Origin: Carcharhinus amblyrhynchos
Lineage: Eukaryota
DNA length: 64,000 bases
Direction of reading: 5' to 3'
Assembly: GCA_965287045.1 (NCBI GenBank)
Contig: OZ336898.1
Span: forward strand, 33,170,001 to 33,234,000
Shown here piece by piece: positions 1 to 13,131 of the stretch (its first letter is position 1; each line of letters starts with the position of its first letter). Below the pieces are notes generated by a model. It saw nothing but the letters and a program-made list of their open reading frames with translations, was not told where the DNA came from and searched no databases. A program made the translations under genes and the position numbers.

Positions 1-1110
1 TTTTTTTGATGGGAGTTCAGACTAGAAACTCCCACACTCTGTGCACTGCAGAGGCCACCTGTGTAAATATCATTAAACCTCAGGGGACGGGGCCTATTCC
101 CGCCTGAGAGATTGAAATGAGCACGCGCAGTGGGGCTCCAAGCTGTCAGCCTCCCGTTTGAACATAAGAACATAAGAAATAGGAGCAGGAGTAAGCCATC
201 TAGCCCTTTGAGCCTGCCCCGCCATTCAATAAGATCATGGCTGATCTGTCGTGGCTCAGTTCCACTTTCCCGCTTTCTCCCCATAACCCTTAATCCCCTC
301 GCTTATCAAAAACCCATCAACCCGCATCTTAAATATATTTAGCGAGGCAGCCTCCACCACTTCAACGGGCAGAGAATTCCAGAGATTCACCACCCTTTGA
401 GTGAAGAAGTTCCTCCTCAACTCCGTTTGCTGACCAGCTCGATCACTGGCCAGCCCGGGACCCCCGCAGTACTACCTCCCACAACCAATCACGGCCCCCT
501 GACCATTTCCAGTTCAGCCCTGAATCCCACCACCACCCCATCCCCATGCCAGACTGTCCCGATCTCCATCCCCCCCCACCGCAGTGCAGACACCCCCACA
601 GGCACCACTGCCCCCTCCCTTCCCCCGGCTGACTTCCGCCCAGGTGACCCCCTCCTCCTTCGACCCCAGGCCCGATGGACATTGACACATTGCCCCTCGG
701 GCAATGCCAATGGGCCCAAGCTGGCCCAGCCGGGGTGCCCATGCGCGGGAGCATCACTCCCGGCCTGATCCCCTGGGCGTCCCGATTGCCCTCCATTCAC
801 TCCAGCGGGATCAGGGCCCCCCGAAAATGGGGAGCTGGTGTAATCCCTGCAGGAATGAAACGCTCTGGCAGGGTGGGAGAGGCTAGCGGGTCCGGAGAAT
901 TGAGTCCTGGGCCCACTAATCACATTCAAATAGATTTAAATAAGATTAAATTATTTACCTGGTCTTCCCGCTGGTTTCCAGCGTGGATCTGACAGTGCTG
1001 GAAATCTGGCGCTGGGAGATGTGCTTCCAGTGGGAACACATGCGAATCCTGCGTAGGGTGCCACAAGATTCTCCCACCACTCTGCGCTGGAAAGTTAGTG
1101 AGAATCCCCC
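1..1110. mobile_element. GC-rich non-autonomous DNA-transposon/MITE-like element (left end outside window), interrupted by a CR1 fragment
   Basis: Ends in gagaatccccc, similar to the right TIR of the 10963-11271 element. Shares an internal ct(c/t)tgtgcactgca motif with that element. Confidence 0.45.
161..426 (-). mobile_element. Young CR1 LINE, 3' terminal fragment
   Basis: (TTCTTATG)n tail; very similar to 1137-1405 and 44290-44555. Confidence 0.9.
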
Positions 1111-1136
1111 ACCCCGGTAAGCTTTGTCTGTACACA

Positions 1137-1842
1137 GAACATAAGAACATAAGAAATAGGAGTAGGAGTAGGCCATTTAGCCCTTCGAGCCTGCCCCGCC
1201 ATTCAATAAGATCATGGCTGATCTGTCGTGGCTCAGTTCCACTTTCCCGCCCTCTCCTCATAACCCTTAATCCCCTCTCCTATCAAAAACCCATCAACCC
1301 GCGTCTTAAAAATATTTAGCGAGGCAGCCTCCACCACTTCAACGGGCAGAGAATTCCAGAGATTCACCACCCTTTGAGTGAAGAAGTTCCTCCTCAACTC
1401 CGTTCTAAACCGCCCCCCTTTTATCTTGAGGCTGTACCCCCTAGTCCTACTGTCTTTTTTGAGCGGGAAGAGTCTTTCCACCTCTATCCTATCCATCCCA
1501 TTCATCATCTTATACGTCTCAATGAGATCTCCCCTCATTCTTCTAAACTCTAACGAGTACAAGCCCAGTTTATTCAGCCTCTCCTCATAGCTCAACCCCC
1601 TCAACTCCGGTATCAGCCTAGTAAACCTCCTCTGCACTCCCTCCAAGGCCAAAATATCTTTGCGCAGGTGCGGCGCCCAAAACTGCACACAGTCCTCCAG
1701 CTGCGGCCTCACCAATGCCCTATACAGTTGCAGCAAGACCTCCCTACTTTTATATTCAATCCCCCTCGCTATGAAGGCCAGCATCCCATTCGCCTTCCTG
1801 ACCACCTGCTGCGCCTGCAAGCTGGGTTTTTGCGACTCATGC
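1137..1842 (-). mobile_element. Young CR1 LINE, 5'-truncated (ORF2 C-terminal region)
   Basis: ORF 1233..1844 (LYRALVRPQLE.CVQFWAP, VQRRFTRLIP, RMRGDLIETYK, FFTQRVVNLWNSLP); 8-bp microsatellite tail. Confidence 0.95.
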
Positions 1843-2240
1843 ATAGAACACTACAGCACAAACAGGCCCTTCAGCCCACAAGTTGCGCTGATCATATCCA
1901 TACCTACCAGGCCTATCTATAACCCCCAATCCCATTAAATCCCATATACTCATCCAGAAGTCTTTTAAAAGACCCCAGCGAGTTTGCCTCCACCACCACT
2001 GACGGCAGCCGATTCCATTCACTCACCACCCTCTGAGTGAAAAACTTACCCCTGACATCTCCTCTGTACCTGCTCCCCAGCACCTTAAATCTGTGTCCTC
2101 TTGTAGCGACCATTTCAGCCCTGGGAAATAGCCTCTGAGAATCCACTCTATCTATTCCTCTCAACATTTTATAAACCTCTATCAGGTCGCCTCTCAACCT
2201 TCGTCTCTCCAGGGAGAAGAGACCGAGCTCCCTCAACCTG
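1843..2240 (-). mobile_element. CR1 LINE 3' fragment, second subfamily
   Basis: ORF 1913..2260 (LGLFSLERRRLRGDLIEVYK...FFTQRVVSEWNRLP). Same subfamily as 6437-6674. Confidence 0.9.
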
Positions 2241-2799
2241 TCACAGCGCACAGGAAACAATACTTTTCACCAATACTTGATCAAACCAAATTCAAATGAT
2301 CCATCCTGTCAGAAGTCCAGTTTGGAACAGGCCACCAGTAGGTCTCCAGATCACACACCACCCTGACTCAGACACACATCGACCTGCCTTCATTATCACT
2401 GCATCTAATTCCTGAGACTCGCATCAGTATTGTGGGAACACCTTCGCCTGGGACTGCAGTTATTTAACAAGATTGTGCAATAAAAACCTTCTCCAGCACA
2501 ACTAGGGTGAGATACAAACACAAAAATAACACGGAAAGGAGCACCTGGCAAATGTGCCCCACATACTTACTGTTCCTGACGCTCTGACACCCTGTCCACC
2601 AAGTGCGCGATCTCTCAGATAGAGCGAGTTCACAATCTCCTGAGTGATGAATATGATTGGAACAGGCCAAGTCCTGATGTCAGGATGTAAATTCAGGTTG
2701 TGGGACCTCTCAGGACACGGACTTGCTGCTCTCACCCAATCAACAGCTGACAGGTGAGTGAGCCAGCCAATCAATAATGGGCAGCGGGTCTGGGGAATC

Positions 2800-3245
2800 G
2801 CAGCAGCTGGAACCCATTGGAAAGGATGTCCAACATTTAATATGGAGACAGAAATGGGGAGAGATCAAAGGAGCTTCTGAGGAGATGGTGGTGGTTAGAC
2901 GAAGATTGACTCTCAGGTTTAGTGATACGTCCATGCGGGGGCTCCTCTGAAGAGGATATTTCCTCTTGTGGGAGAATCTGGAACCCGGGGCCACGGTTTA
3001 AAAAATAAGGGTTTGTTCATTTAAGACAGAGAAGGAGAATTTTATTCTCTGAGGGTGGAGAGTCTTTGAAACGCTCTTCCTCGAAAGACACAGGCAGATA
3101 GATTGTTGATAAACAAGGGGGTGAAAGGTTACTGGGGGTTATGAGGGATGTCAGAATCACATCAGGAATGATCTGACTGAATGGGCAGTACAGGCTGGAA
3201 GGGCAGAGTGGCCACTCCTAGCTCACATGTATATTTGTTTCTCTT
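2800..3245 (+). mobile_element. Decayed CR1 3' fragment
   Basis: Degenerate CR1 3' sequence ending ...gaatgggcagtacaggctggaagggcagagtggccactcct. Confidence 0.65.
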
Positions 3246-3296
3246 CATTGCCTCTTGTCGTCCCTGTTTTGAAAAGCTGCTGCTCTCAAAGGTTTC

Positions 3297-6200
3297 TGCT
3301 GTGTTATTGACTCTTATCACAAACATACCAAGCTCTGTGACAATGATTTGGCACCTAAACAAAGAATTCTTTATTGAAGAATAACAGGACTCCAGGCGAG
3401 CTCTGCACGTCACAGAGGTTTACATACAGATAAAGGCCCTTCGGTCCATCGCAGCTGCAACAGTCAGAAACAACCACTTGGTTATTCTAATCCCATTTTC
3501 CAGCACTTGGCCCATAGTCTTGTCTGCTTTGGCATCGCAAGCGCACAGCTAAACGTTATGAGGGTCTCTGCTTCCCCTCCCTTTCAGGCACTGAGTTCCA
3601 GACCTCCTGAATAACACTGCTGCAATGACTATGTCACATACAGTACTAATTTACACCACCTCCTGTGATTATGTATATATAACTAATTACATTTTCAGTA
3701 ATTCAGAGTTCTGTCAAAGGGTCATCCAGACTTGAAACGTTGGCTCTCTTCTCTCTCCACAGATGCTGTCAGACCTGCTGAGATTTTCCAGCACTTTCTG
3801 TTTTTGTTTTAGTAAGATGTTAATCGGTATGGTTAACTATGTGCATTTACAAAGCAGCATCATGACATTCCCTTTCCTTAAATAGAAAGGATGACTCTGT
3901 CAATAATAGAGCAGGATAATTGTGAGCATTATTTACACATGTATTGACTCTCACATTAATTGTTTAAGTGACTCAGAGCTACAGCTGACCTGTTAACTGC
4001 ACTGATCCAGTAACAGTGTAACTTTGCCAATTTGATCTGTTGCTTGTAGGTGTAATGTTGATATTTTGAATGTCTTCATTGATTTCCTTATATTTCACAA
4101 TCACTTGGCTTTACCGTTCGCACTATCCTTTCTGCTAGACCATTTCACCTCGGATTGTGTGAGGATGATGGTTTACCACCATCTTGACCCATGCCTTTAA
4201 AGGGTTTACACTATACTCGGACTGGTACCCAGTCCTATCACCTCCAGCAACCAAACAGGCTGAAAAATGCACTCATGTGTCTGCCACCCACGTGTCTGAT
4301 ACATCCCTCGGTTGGTGAAAGATAGGAAACTTCAGAGAGTAGACGGCAACAATAAGAGATGATCACCTCAGGCTGTAAACTAGTCACTCGGTGTTCATCT
4401 TGTTCCTCCTGTGTCCAATGCCAATCTTATCTCGGTATTTCTACTGCAGATTCTCAATAGGGTCAATAGAATCACACGTGCCTAACCATTCAGTATTGGT
4501 GCCCTACTGAACTTACATCACGGAGTTCACAGCATACTGACAGCCCTGTTACCACCTGTTCCATTCGTGTTAACATGCAAATGACTTGTGATCAACTTCC
4601 ATACCTGCACTTAGATTGGCAAACCTTTCTATGGAGTGAGTCCAGCTCTTGTTGACTGTAACATAGACTCTCATTTTACCAAGTACATGTCTTTGAGTAT
4701 CTGTACTGGTAAAGTGTTGACACTTGTCTCCGATCTATCTTCAGACTCACCTTGTCCTGCACTTTTATCAGATCTCAACTGTAGTGAAAGCTTTGAGTTG
4801 GTCATTACAAGCACATGCCATGCAATTGGCACTAATATGGAAAGCTTGTCCATTTTTGAACTCTTGTTTATCACTCTCGGGCCTTTGCCTTCCAGGTCTC
4901 CACCTTGTGAATGTGCCACTGTGGGTGTCTGCTTTTTGCTGCGTTGTGTCTTGCTGTGGTTTCTCACCATTTTCTCGCTACCAGAATTTCTACACCGTCC
5001 CGCGCAGCGTCCCTTTACACCTCACACTTTGCAGGTAACCCTAAATGCAGGAAGGTTATGTGGCTGGTCCGCTGTCTTGCTGGTCCAAATACCTTGCAGC
5101 CTCGTGTTTTCTGCTATCTTTAAGTTGTCTGTCAATGTTGTGTCCCTTTTGTATTTGAAGCAGATACTTTTGGAATGTCTCTGTTGGAGTCTGTATGATT
5201 ACCAGCCCCATGATTGTCTCAGAGAAATTGCAATCTCTGCTTTATCCAAACGTCTGTCCATGAGGTGGTCACTTGTTTCTCTGGGCCGCTGTCTATAGGT
5301 CTTCAGTTTGAGCCCATGGATTCTGAAGTTAAATTTAACTCTAACACCTCCAGTGCGTAAAGGGTCCTTCTGGTCGGTTTCTGGCAGTTCTGTAGAGTTG
5401 ATACGATGAAGACCTTCATTGCCACTCACTATCTTTATCTTACCGCCTGCTTACCGGGTTTGCTGCTGCAAGGTCTCAACTTCACATCTCCACCCGCTGT
5501 CCAAACAACTTGTATTCACTGAGCATTTCCACAGCCTTCCATTGATCACTGGATCCTTTATCAAAATCTTTTGCTTCTCGAGAATTCTCTTCCCCAAGAC
5601 TTTCTCCTTTAATGATTTTTTCCCTGATGGAGAAAAGAAAATAATGTAGAGTTAGTGCTGTATCTCTATCACAGCCAGAGTCTGCGGTTGTGGCACAGAT
5701 TATCAGCCTCTGTACTGGGAACACTCCTTCAATGGAAAAGACTCACAATACTCAACAGCTCTGCAGTCTCGCAGTCCCAATTCAGATTAACTTTTCCAAC
5801 CCTAGCCCGCCAGAACGCTGTCTTTCTGATCTGCTTTCCAGCATTTTAATACAACTCTACTGTCAATCACTTACTCTCCCTGAGCATTGAGTCTTGAGGG
5901 TGATCTCAGGATTGGACTGGATCTGAAATTGATGCCTCTTTCAGTGTTTCCCAGGCTTTGTGACTTATCATATTGCCTAATAATGTCATGATCGCTGCCA
6001 GTAACACAAATTGCTGTCACAGAATCACACGGTGCAGAAGAAGCTCTTCAGCACATCGAGTCTACATCGACATGTGAGAAACACCTGACCTCCCATCTAA
6101 TCCCATTTACCATCACTTGGCCCATAGCCTTGAATGTTATGATGTGCCAAGTGCTCATCCAGGTACTTTTTAAAGGATGTGAGGCATCCCCCCCGCTCCA

Positions 6201-7072
6201 CCACCCTCCCAGGCAGCGCATTCCAGACCATCGCCACCTTCTGGGTAAAAATATATTTCCTCACATCCCCCCCAAACCCCCTGCCCCTCATCTTGAGTCT
6301 ATATCCCCACGTGACTGACCCTTAACTAAGGGGAACAGCTGCTCCTTATCCACTCTGCCCATGTCCCTCATAATCTTGTACACCTCAATCAGATTGCTCC
6401 TCAGCCTTCTCTGCTCAATGGAAACAATCCAAGCATTAGGTACAGAGGAAATGTCACGGGTAAGTTTTTCACTCAGAGGGTGGTGAGTGAGTGGAATCGG
6501 CTGCCGGCAGTGATGATGGAGGCAAATTCGATAGGGTCTTTTAAGAGACTTCTGGATGAGTACATGGAATTTAATAGGATTGAGGGTTATTGGTAAGCCT
6601 AGTAGGTAGAGATAAGATTGGCGCAACTTGTGAGCCGAAGGGCCTGTTTGTACTGTAGTTTTTCTATGTTCTATATCAAACTCTCTTCATAATGTAAATG
6701 TTTCATTCCAGGCATCATCTTGGTGAATCTCCTCTGCACCCCCTCCAGAGCAATCCCAACCTTCCAATAATGTGGTGATCAAAACTGCACACAGTACTCT
6801 AGCTTCACCAAAGTACAACTCCAACATGACCTCCCTGCTCTGGTAGTCTATGCTTCGATTGATAAGACATCCACTTGTGCACAACAGCCACCATGTTGCA
6901 TTATTGGCTCTTAACCCAAACTCACCAAGTGTCATGACAATAAATTGTAATCTAAATGAACAAGATTTCAGGACAGCTCTTCACCCACATGTCATCTACT
7001 GACCAGTAACGTTTATGTCACATTTTAACTTGTGGCATTGTAAATCTACATGCCTTACAAAGCAACATCACA
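3297..7072 (-). mobile_element. Decayed, internally deleted Gypsy-like LTR element
   Basis: Diverged LTR pair ~3297-3867 and ~6894-7072 (shared tattg.ctctta..caaac..accaag...gacaat and ttacaaagca.catca). PBS-like TGGTGGC next to the 5' LTR; PPT tttaaggaaagggaa before the 3' LTR. Gag- and protease-like remnants in ORFs 5199..5429 and 4671..4970. Confidence 0.55.
6020..6870 (-). mobile_element. CR1 3' fragment with an oppositely oriented CR1 3' end nested at ~6437-6674
   Basis: ORFs 6097..6291 and 6288..6626 carry CR1 ORF2 motifs; the nested piece is the reverse complement of ~1845-2075. Confidence 0.85.
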
Positions 7073-7569
7073 CTTCCAGACACCACTCACTTGTCACCAC
7101 ACCCACGCTGCCCAAGTATCAACATTCCCCTAACACCTCAGACAAGCCTCTCTGATTGCAGTGTCTAGAAATCTGTCAGACTCACAATCCAGACTGTTTA
7201 CAGTTCTGGCTGATTGAGAAGCTAACCTCCTCTAGCTAAAGGCAATGGTTTCAGGCTCAGATATTCTTAAAAAACCTCAGATAGACGGAAAAATCCATCC
7301 CTTCTGTGGTGTCTGGCCCCTATAAGGGGCAACCTCTTAAAAGGATCACGTGAGCTGGGCTGACAAATAGGGAACTGAGTTGGGGTTTCACTCCAATCTG
7401 TCTGGGATCGTCCCAACAGTTAGATCCTCGAGTCATGTCCGGAAGCATTGGATCTGCATCACTCTGTAAATAGTTGGTGTTCATTAATAAACATTTATAG
7501 CTCTTAACTGCTGCCACCAGGTTGCTATCCATTCTTGACATCTGTTTCAAGTTTATTTGCCTCAAAGTG

Positions 7570-8465
7570 ATTTGATTTGATTTATTATTGTCATGTGTAT
7601 TAGTATACAGAGAAAAATATTGTTTCTTGCACTCTATACAGACAAAACATACTGTTCATAGAGAAGGAGAGGGTGCAGAATTAATATGAGGTCAATCCAT
7701 TCAAAAGTCTGATGGCAGCAGGGAAGAATATGTTCTTGAGTCAGCTGGTATGTGACCTCAGACTTTTGTATCTTTTTCCTGACAGAAGAAAGTGGAAGAG
7801 AGAATGTCCAGGGTGTGTGGGGCCTTTAATTATGCTAGTTGCTCTTCCGAGGCAGTGGGAAGTGTAGATAGTGTCAGTGGATGGGAGGCTGGTTTGCCTG
7901 ATGGACTGGGCTACGTTCTCACAACCTTTGAAGTTTTTTGCGATCTTGGAGTCATACCAAGCTGTAATACATCCAGAAAAACTGCTTTCTATACTGCATC
8001 TATAAAAGTTGGTGAGAGTTGTAGCTGAGATGCCAAATTTCCTTAGCCTTCTAAAAAAGTAGAGGCGTTGGCGGCCTTTCTTAACTACAGTGCCAGCATG
8101 AGAGGACCAGGACAGATTGATGGTGTTCTGGACACCTAGAAACCTGAGGCTCTTGACCATTGCCACTTTGTGCCCCTTGATGTAGAAAGGGGCATGTCCT
8201 CCATTACGCTTCCTGAAGTCAATGCCAATCTCCTTCATTTTGTTGACGTTGAGGGAGAGATTATTGTCATCGCATCAGTTCACCAGATTCTCTATCGCAT
8301 TCCTGTACTCTGTCTTGTCATTGTTTGAGATTTGACCCAATATGACGGTGTCATCAGCAAACTTGAAAGTGCAGTTGGAGGGAAATTTGGCCACACAGTC
8401 ATAGGTGTTTAAGGAGTATAGTAGGGGGTTAAGAACAGTCTTGTGGAGCACTGGTGTAGAAGATA
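7570..8465 (-). mobile_element. Rex1/Babar-type LINE, 3' part
   Basis: ORF 7741..8238 (IDFRK...FLGV...LSWS.H...RQRLYFFRRLRKFG...FYRCSIES...CITAWY). FADDT RT motif at ~8345-8362; (ATCAA)n tail. A short tail copy also lies at ~20140-20270. Confidence 0.85.
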
Positions 8466-8667
8466 ATCGTGAAGAGGCTCAGTCCAGCTCAGGGTCATTC
8501 AATATAAAGATTCTAACTATTTCCACCACAATAAAAACATTTCTGGAACAACAAAGACTACTACCCAACAGATACGTAATCTTTCTTATAATGTTTTACT
8601 CTTTTTTCACTCTTCTCACCAACAATTCTAACCGCTCAAATTGGTGTCAAAGTAACCACTTGCTTTT

Positions 8668-9490
8668 AGAAACCAGAAGCAGGAGGTGGCCATTTGGCCC
8701 TTTGAACCTACTCCACCATTCATTTTGAAAATGGCTGATCATCAAATATCCCGATTCCCCCTTCACTCCATATCCCTTGATCTCTTTAGCCCCAAGGGCT
8801 ACATCTAATTTCTTCTTGAAATCAGAAAATGTTTTGGTCTCAGCTACATTCTGTAGTAATGAATTCCACACATTCATCACTCTCTGGGTGAAGAAATTTC
8901 TCCTCAACTTAGTTCTAAAAGATTTACCTCTTACCCTCAAACTTCCCAGCTTGGGTCGCTGTCTGTGTGGAGTCTGTATGTTCTCCCCAGGTCTGTGTGG
9001 GTTTCCTCCAGGGGCTCTGGTTTCCTCCCACTGTCGGAAGGATGTGCTGGTTGGCTGCATTCACCATGCTAAATTCTCCCTCGATGTATGCGAGCAGGTG
9101 CTGGAGTGTGGTGACTAGGGATTTTCACAGTAACTTAATTGCAGTGTTAATGTAAGCGTACTTGTGACACTAATAAATAAACTTAAACTTAGTTCTGGAC
9201 TCCCCCAGGATCAGGAACATTCTTTCTGAATCTACCCTGCCTAACCCATTTAGAATTTCATAAGTTTCTATGAGATCTCTTACCACTCTTCTAAACTCCA
9301 GTGAATATAATCCTAACCGAGTTAGTCTCTCCTGTATGACAGACCTGTCATCCCAGCAATCTACCTGGCAAACTTTCCCTTGCTCTATAGCAAGGACACC
9401 CTTCCTCAGATATGGACACCAAAACTGCACTCAATACTCCAGGTATGACCTTACCAACGCCCTATACAATTGCAGCAAAACATCCCTACC
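8668..9490 (-). mobile_element. CR1 3' fragment interrupted by a V-SINE
   Basis: ORFs 8647..9060 and 9170..9430 carry CR1 motifs. Confidence 0.85.
8947..9190 (+). mobile_element. 5'-truncated V-domain SINE (tail type 2)
   Basis: V-domain gtggagt...gggtttcctcc...ggtttcctccca; tail gattttcacagtaactt...gtgacactaataaataaac. Confidence 0.8.
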
Positions 9491-9914
9491 CCAACCTTCT
9501 AGAATATTCTGCCAAAGAATAACAAAGTGAAGCGGCAGAAAGCCTTGTATTCAATTCTCCGATGTATTTATTTCCGTAAGTGTGCCATCTGGAGTTCAGT
9601 CAACAATATACATGCAGCACACACACAGCTGATATCAATATACATTACAAAGTCACCCAAGCTTGTTTCACTGTTGAACTTGAATTATTCTGCAACTCAG
9701 TGACAGCTGCAACAGTCCTCGGTTCAAATCTGATCAAAGGAACCGATGTATCGGTGTTTGACTGACAGCTTCCATGTTCAACACCTCTATGTGGTGCTTG
9801 TAACATTGCAAAACATTGTACGGATAGAAACTGAGGCAGGAAGAGATGTCATCGCACCGAGGAGAGATTCAGCTGAGCAACTAAAGCAAGTTCAAAACAC
9901 GAGTCCTGAGAATG

Positions 9915-10170
9915 TAATTAAAATGACAGAATAGATAAGGAGGCTTGGAAGTCTAAGCAGGGAGTTTCAGAACGGTTCAAGGGGCTGAAGGCACTGATAC
10001 CAACAGTGAGACAAAGGGAGGAGGGATGAATAAAGGTCAGAATCAGATCTGATGGGCAGAATGGACATTGCAGCAATAGAGTAGGGCATGGTTTACAGGC
10101 AAGAGTGAGGATTTTTAATCGAATGCATAGGAAAGGAGGAAAGCTTAGCAATTAGAATCTTATCAGGAAA
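9915..10170 (-). mobile_element. Old L2-like LINE fragment
   Basis: Degenerate 'RLKILTLACK' segment and gggagtttcagaacggttcaaggggctgaaggc, typical of L2 3' regions. Confidence 0.45.
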
Positions 10171-10439
10171 GAAGGTGAGAGAAGTTAAGGATTCTATGAA
10201 TTTGAAAGCCTGGGAAAAATGGATATGATGTGAATCTCAATTTCAAAGCAGTGATGGTGGAGGGAGGAGAGGATGTCGGAGATGGAATTGAAACTCCAGG
10301 ATTGAGTCAAAAAGAGCTGAATCCTGGGTTTATGATTCGTGTTTGTGGATGGAAATCTAGGAAGCTGGGTCCAAACGCAGACACAAGTGGGAAATAAACA
10401 CATCATGGATGAGCCTGAAATAGATTGCCTACGCACGAG

Positions 10440-11835
10440 CTATCCAGTTAAATCTACTTCCCTGCTCTTTCCCCATAGCCATGCAATATAAACATAGAAC
10501 ATTACAGCACAGTGCTGGCCCTTCGGCCCTCGATGTTGTGCTGAGCTACGTCCAAGCCCAAGATCAAGCTATCCCCCTCCCTATCATTCTGGTGTGCTCC
10601 ATGTGCCTATCCAATAACCGCTTGAAAGTTCCTAAAGTGTCCGACTCCACTATCACAGCAGGCAGTGTATTCCACACCCCAACCACTCTCTGAGTAAAGA
10701 ATCTACCTTGGACGTCCCTCCTATGTTCCTTTTTATGCATAAATTCAACTTCCTTTGGAAAGTTACCTTTAGAACTGCTACCACTGCTCTTTCCGGCAAT
10801 GCATTCCACAACAACTAACTGTGGTAAAGAATCCTGCCTCTTAGTCTTCGAGTTGTTACATACACAACAGGGTCTTCAGCCCATCGAATCTCCACCCACA
10901 ATAACTCCCATTAAAACACAGCAATCCCAGTCTCCAGCACTGATCTCATGTTCTTGAATGTTGGGGGTGATTCTCCCCAAAAAATTCTAAGTGTTGAATT
11001 TGTGCAAAAATGGAGCAAATCCATTTTTAAATCCGTGGCTTTTTCAGTGGGATTTTCAAAATGAATCTCGCGTACTTTGTGCACTGCACCACTGATCAAA
11101 TTCCAATTGTATGGGAAGCAGCATCTAAACAATTTATTCAGCTCCACGATTATTTCTGGTGCAGAGCTGGCGATCGGGCACCCGGAGACTCCCGGAGGCC
11201 GTGGCGCTCAGGGGGGAGCCCACAAAACGACCCCCGCTTGAGTCTCCCAGCAGGCTGGAAGAATCGCCCCCCCCACCCCCGTCACATTTCACATAATCAT
11301 CCAAATATTTTTTAAAGGTTGTAAGGATTCCGGTCTTCATTACCTTCCCAGGCAGCACATTCCAGGCTCCCACCACCCTCTCAGTGAAATATTTTTTCCT
11401 CCAATCCCTCTGAATCTCTCGCCCCTCACCCTAAATCTATGTCCCCTTGTAATTGACCCCTCAACCAAAGGGAACAGCTGCTCCCAGCTCACCCTGTCCA
11501 TACTCCTCATAACTTTATACACCTCAGTCATGTCCCCCCTCAACCTTCTCCGCTCTAGAACAATGCAAGTCTATCCAGTCTCTCCTTACAGCTCAAATAC
11601 TCCACCTCAGGCAACATCCTGGTGAACCCCCTCTGTACCCCCTCTAGGGCAATCACATCCTTCCTATGGGGGGGTGGGGGGGTGACCAGAACTGCACACA
11701 GCACTCTGGCTCTGACCTAACCAATGCTCTGTCAATTCCAACCTTATCTCCTTGTTCTTATATACTGTGCCATGCCTGATTAAAGCAAGTGTCCCATGTG
11801 CTTTCTTAACCATCCCATTCACCTGCTTTCCCAAC
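10440..11835 (-). mobile_element. Cluster of CR1 3' fragments (10490-10725 and 10860-11835)
   Basis: ORFs 10564..10809, 11134..11376, 11340..11543 and 11664..12050 carry CR1 motifs. Confidence 0.8.
10963..11271. mobile_element. MITE with ~15-bp terminal inverted repeats, nested in CR1
   Basis: Left TIR gggggtgattctccc; right TIR ggaagaatcgccccc (reverse complement gggggcgattcttcc). It splits a CR1 3' fragment. Confidence 0.7.
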
Positions 11836-12210
11836 TTCAGAGACCTTGTTCTTTTACCAGTTATCATGAACCTGTATTTTTCAATGACCAATTGTTCCCC
11901 TTTATTTACTCTGTGAAACCCCCACACCCCCTCTCCCCCACACCCCCTCTCCCCCACCCTATAATAACTCAGGAAGCCTGACGGGAAAGGAACAGCTTTT
12001 ATTGTTGAACACAAATTAAAACCACTGCTCTGTGGCGTACACACACACATCCCACCTCACTTCATCCAAATACATCCTAATTTCACAATGATAAATGATT
12101 ATAATAACGAGTTGATATAAACACAATGTAACGGCAAATATATCTTAATTAATACAGTAGCAAACAACCTCCCTGCCAATGAAAATGGAGTCCATTGTAA
12201 GTTATCTGTC

Positions 12211-12303
12211 ATCTTCTGGGGTTTACACCTTCTGGAGTTTCTCCTTCTGGGGTTTCACCTTCCCGGATTATATATTCTGAGGTTATACCTTCCGGGGTTA
12301 TCC
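12211..12303. repeat. Degenerate ~15-bp tandem repeat (about 6 copies) inside the LTR
   Basis: ttctggggtttacacc / ttctggagtttctcc / ttctggggtttcacc / ttcccggattatata / ttctgaggttatacc / ttccggggttatcc. Confidence 0.7.
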
Positions 12304-13131
12304 TGTCCAAGGTGTTTGTCCCTTCCAGGACACACAAATCCCGACCGGAACAGCAGTTCTGCAGACCTTTCCCGATTCCTGCCTCATGAAGAGTTCAAGC
12401 GATGAGTTCCAGCGGAATAGGCAATTGCCGGTTACCAGGGGAACTCTATTCAACAAGTCCAACAGGGAGATGAATTAGAGATTCCCCATGGAATGTGTGG
12501 AGGTTATCACACCCCTCCTCTGCCCACTCCGAGTCTGAGGGCTCCCCCTCTCTCCGATGGTGATGGAGCCATTTTGTCATTTGGCCTGGGCCTCATTTCT
12601 GTTCTTCCCACAGTCTGGTCAGGTGATGTATACCAAGTGGGCAGATGTCTCTTCCTTGTGGAACGGTGAAGTGTCGTTACAGGGGGCTTGTCCTTGGTGG
12701 TGATCCCCGCCTGTGACTCCGCTGCCTCTGTCTCCATCTCTGAGTTGTGCCCTCATGGACCTCCCTTGGGCTTTCAGTTGGTGGATTTTCCCATCCTCAG
12801 GCCAGTTTAGAAGATGCCAGTGGTGACGTGTTTGGTGAAGGAACCACTGTGGAGGGTTCCTGACAGCGAGGACATGTTTTTCATAGTCTTCTCCCCAGTC
12901 TTTACCGTTATGGAACTGGCCCGATTTTTGAGATCTTGGGATCCAAGGGGAACTGTCTCCAAAATTCCGTACGTGCACACTGTCTCCTGGTTTGAAGTTC
13001 CTGTCAGGCTTATGTCCGTTGTGGCCCCTTCTCTGAACTTCCTGTTTTTTTTTCAATTTTGCTGCTAAGATTTGGAAAGGTCAGGCCAGGCCTGATCCAA
13101 ACAGCCATCAATAGCCACTTGGGCTACTCCT

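Noticed and set aside
397-992. GC-rich overlapping ORFs as a gene or CpG island
   Set aside because: No recognisable domains, and the region lies within a MITE-like repeat.
4636-5298. 220-aa plus-strand ORF
   Set aside because: Antisense to decayed LTR gag/protease remnants; no homology recognised.
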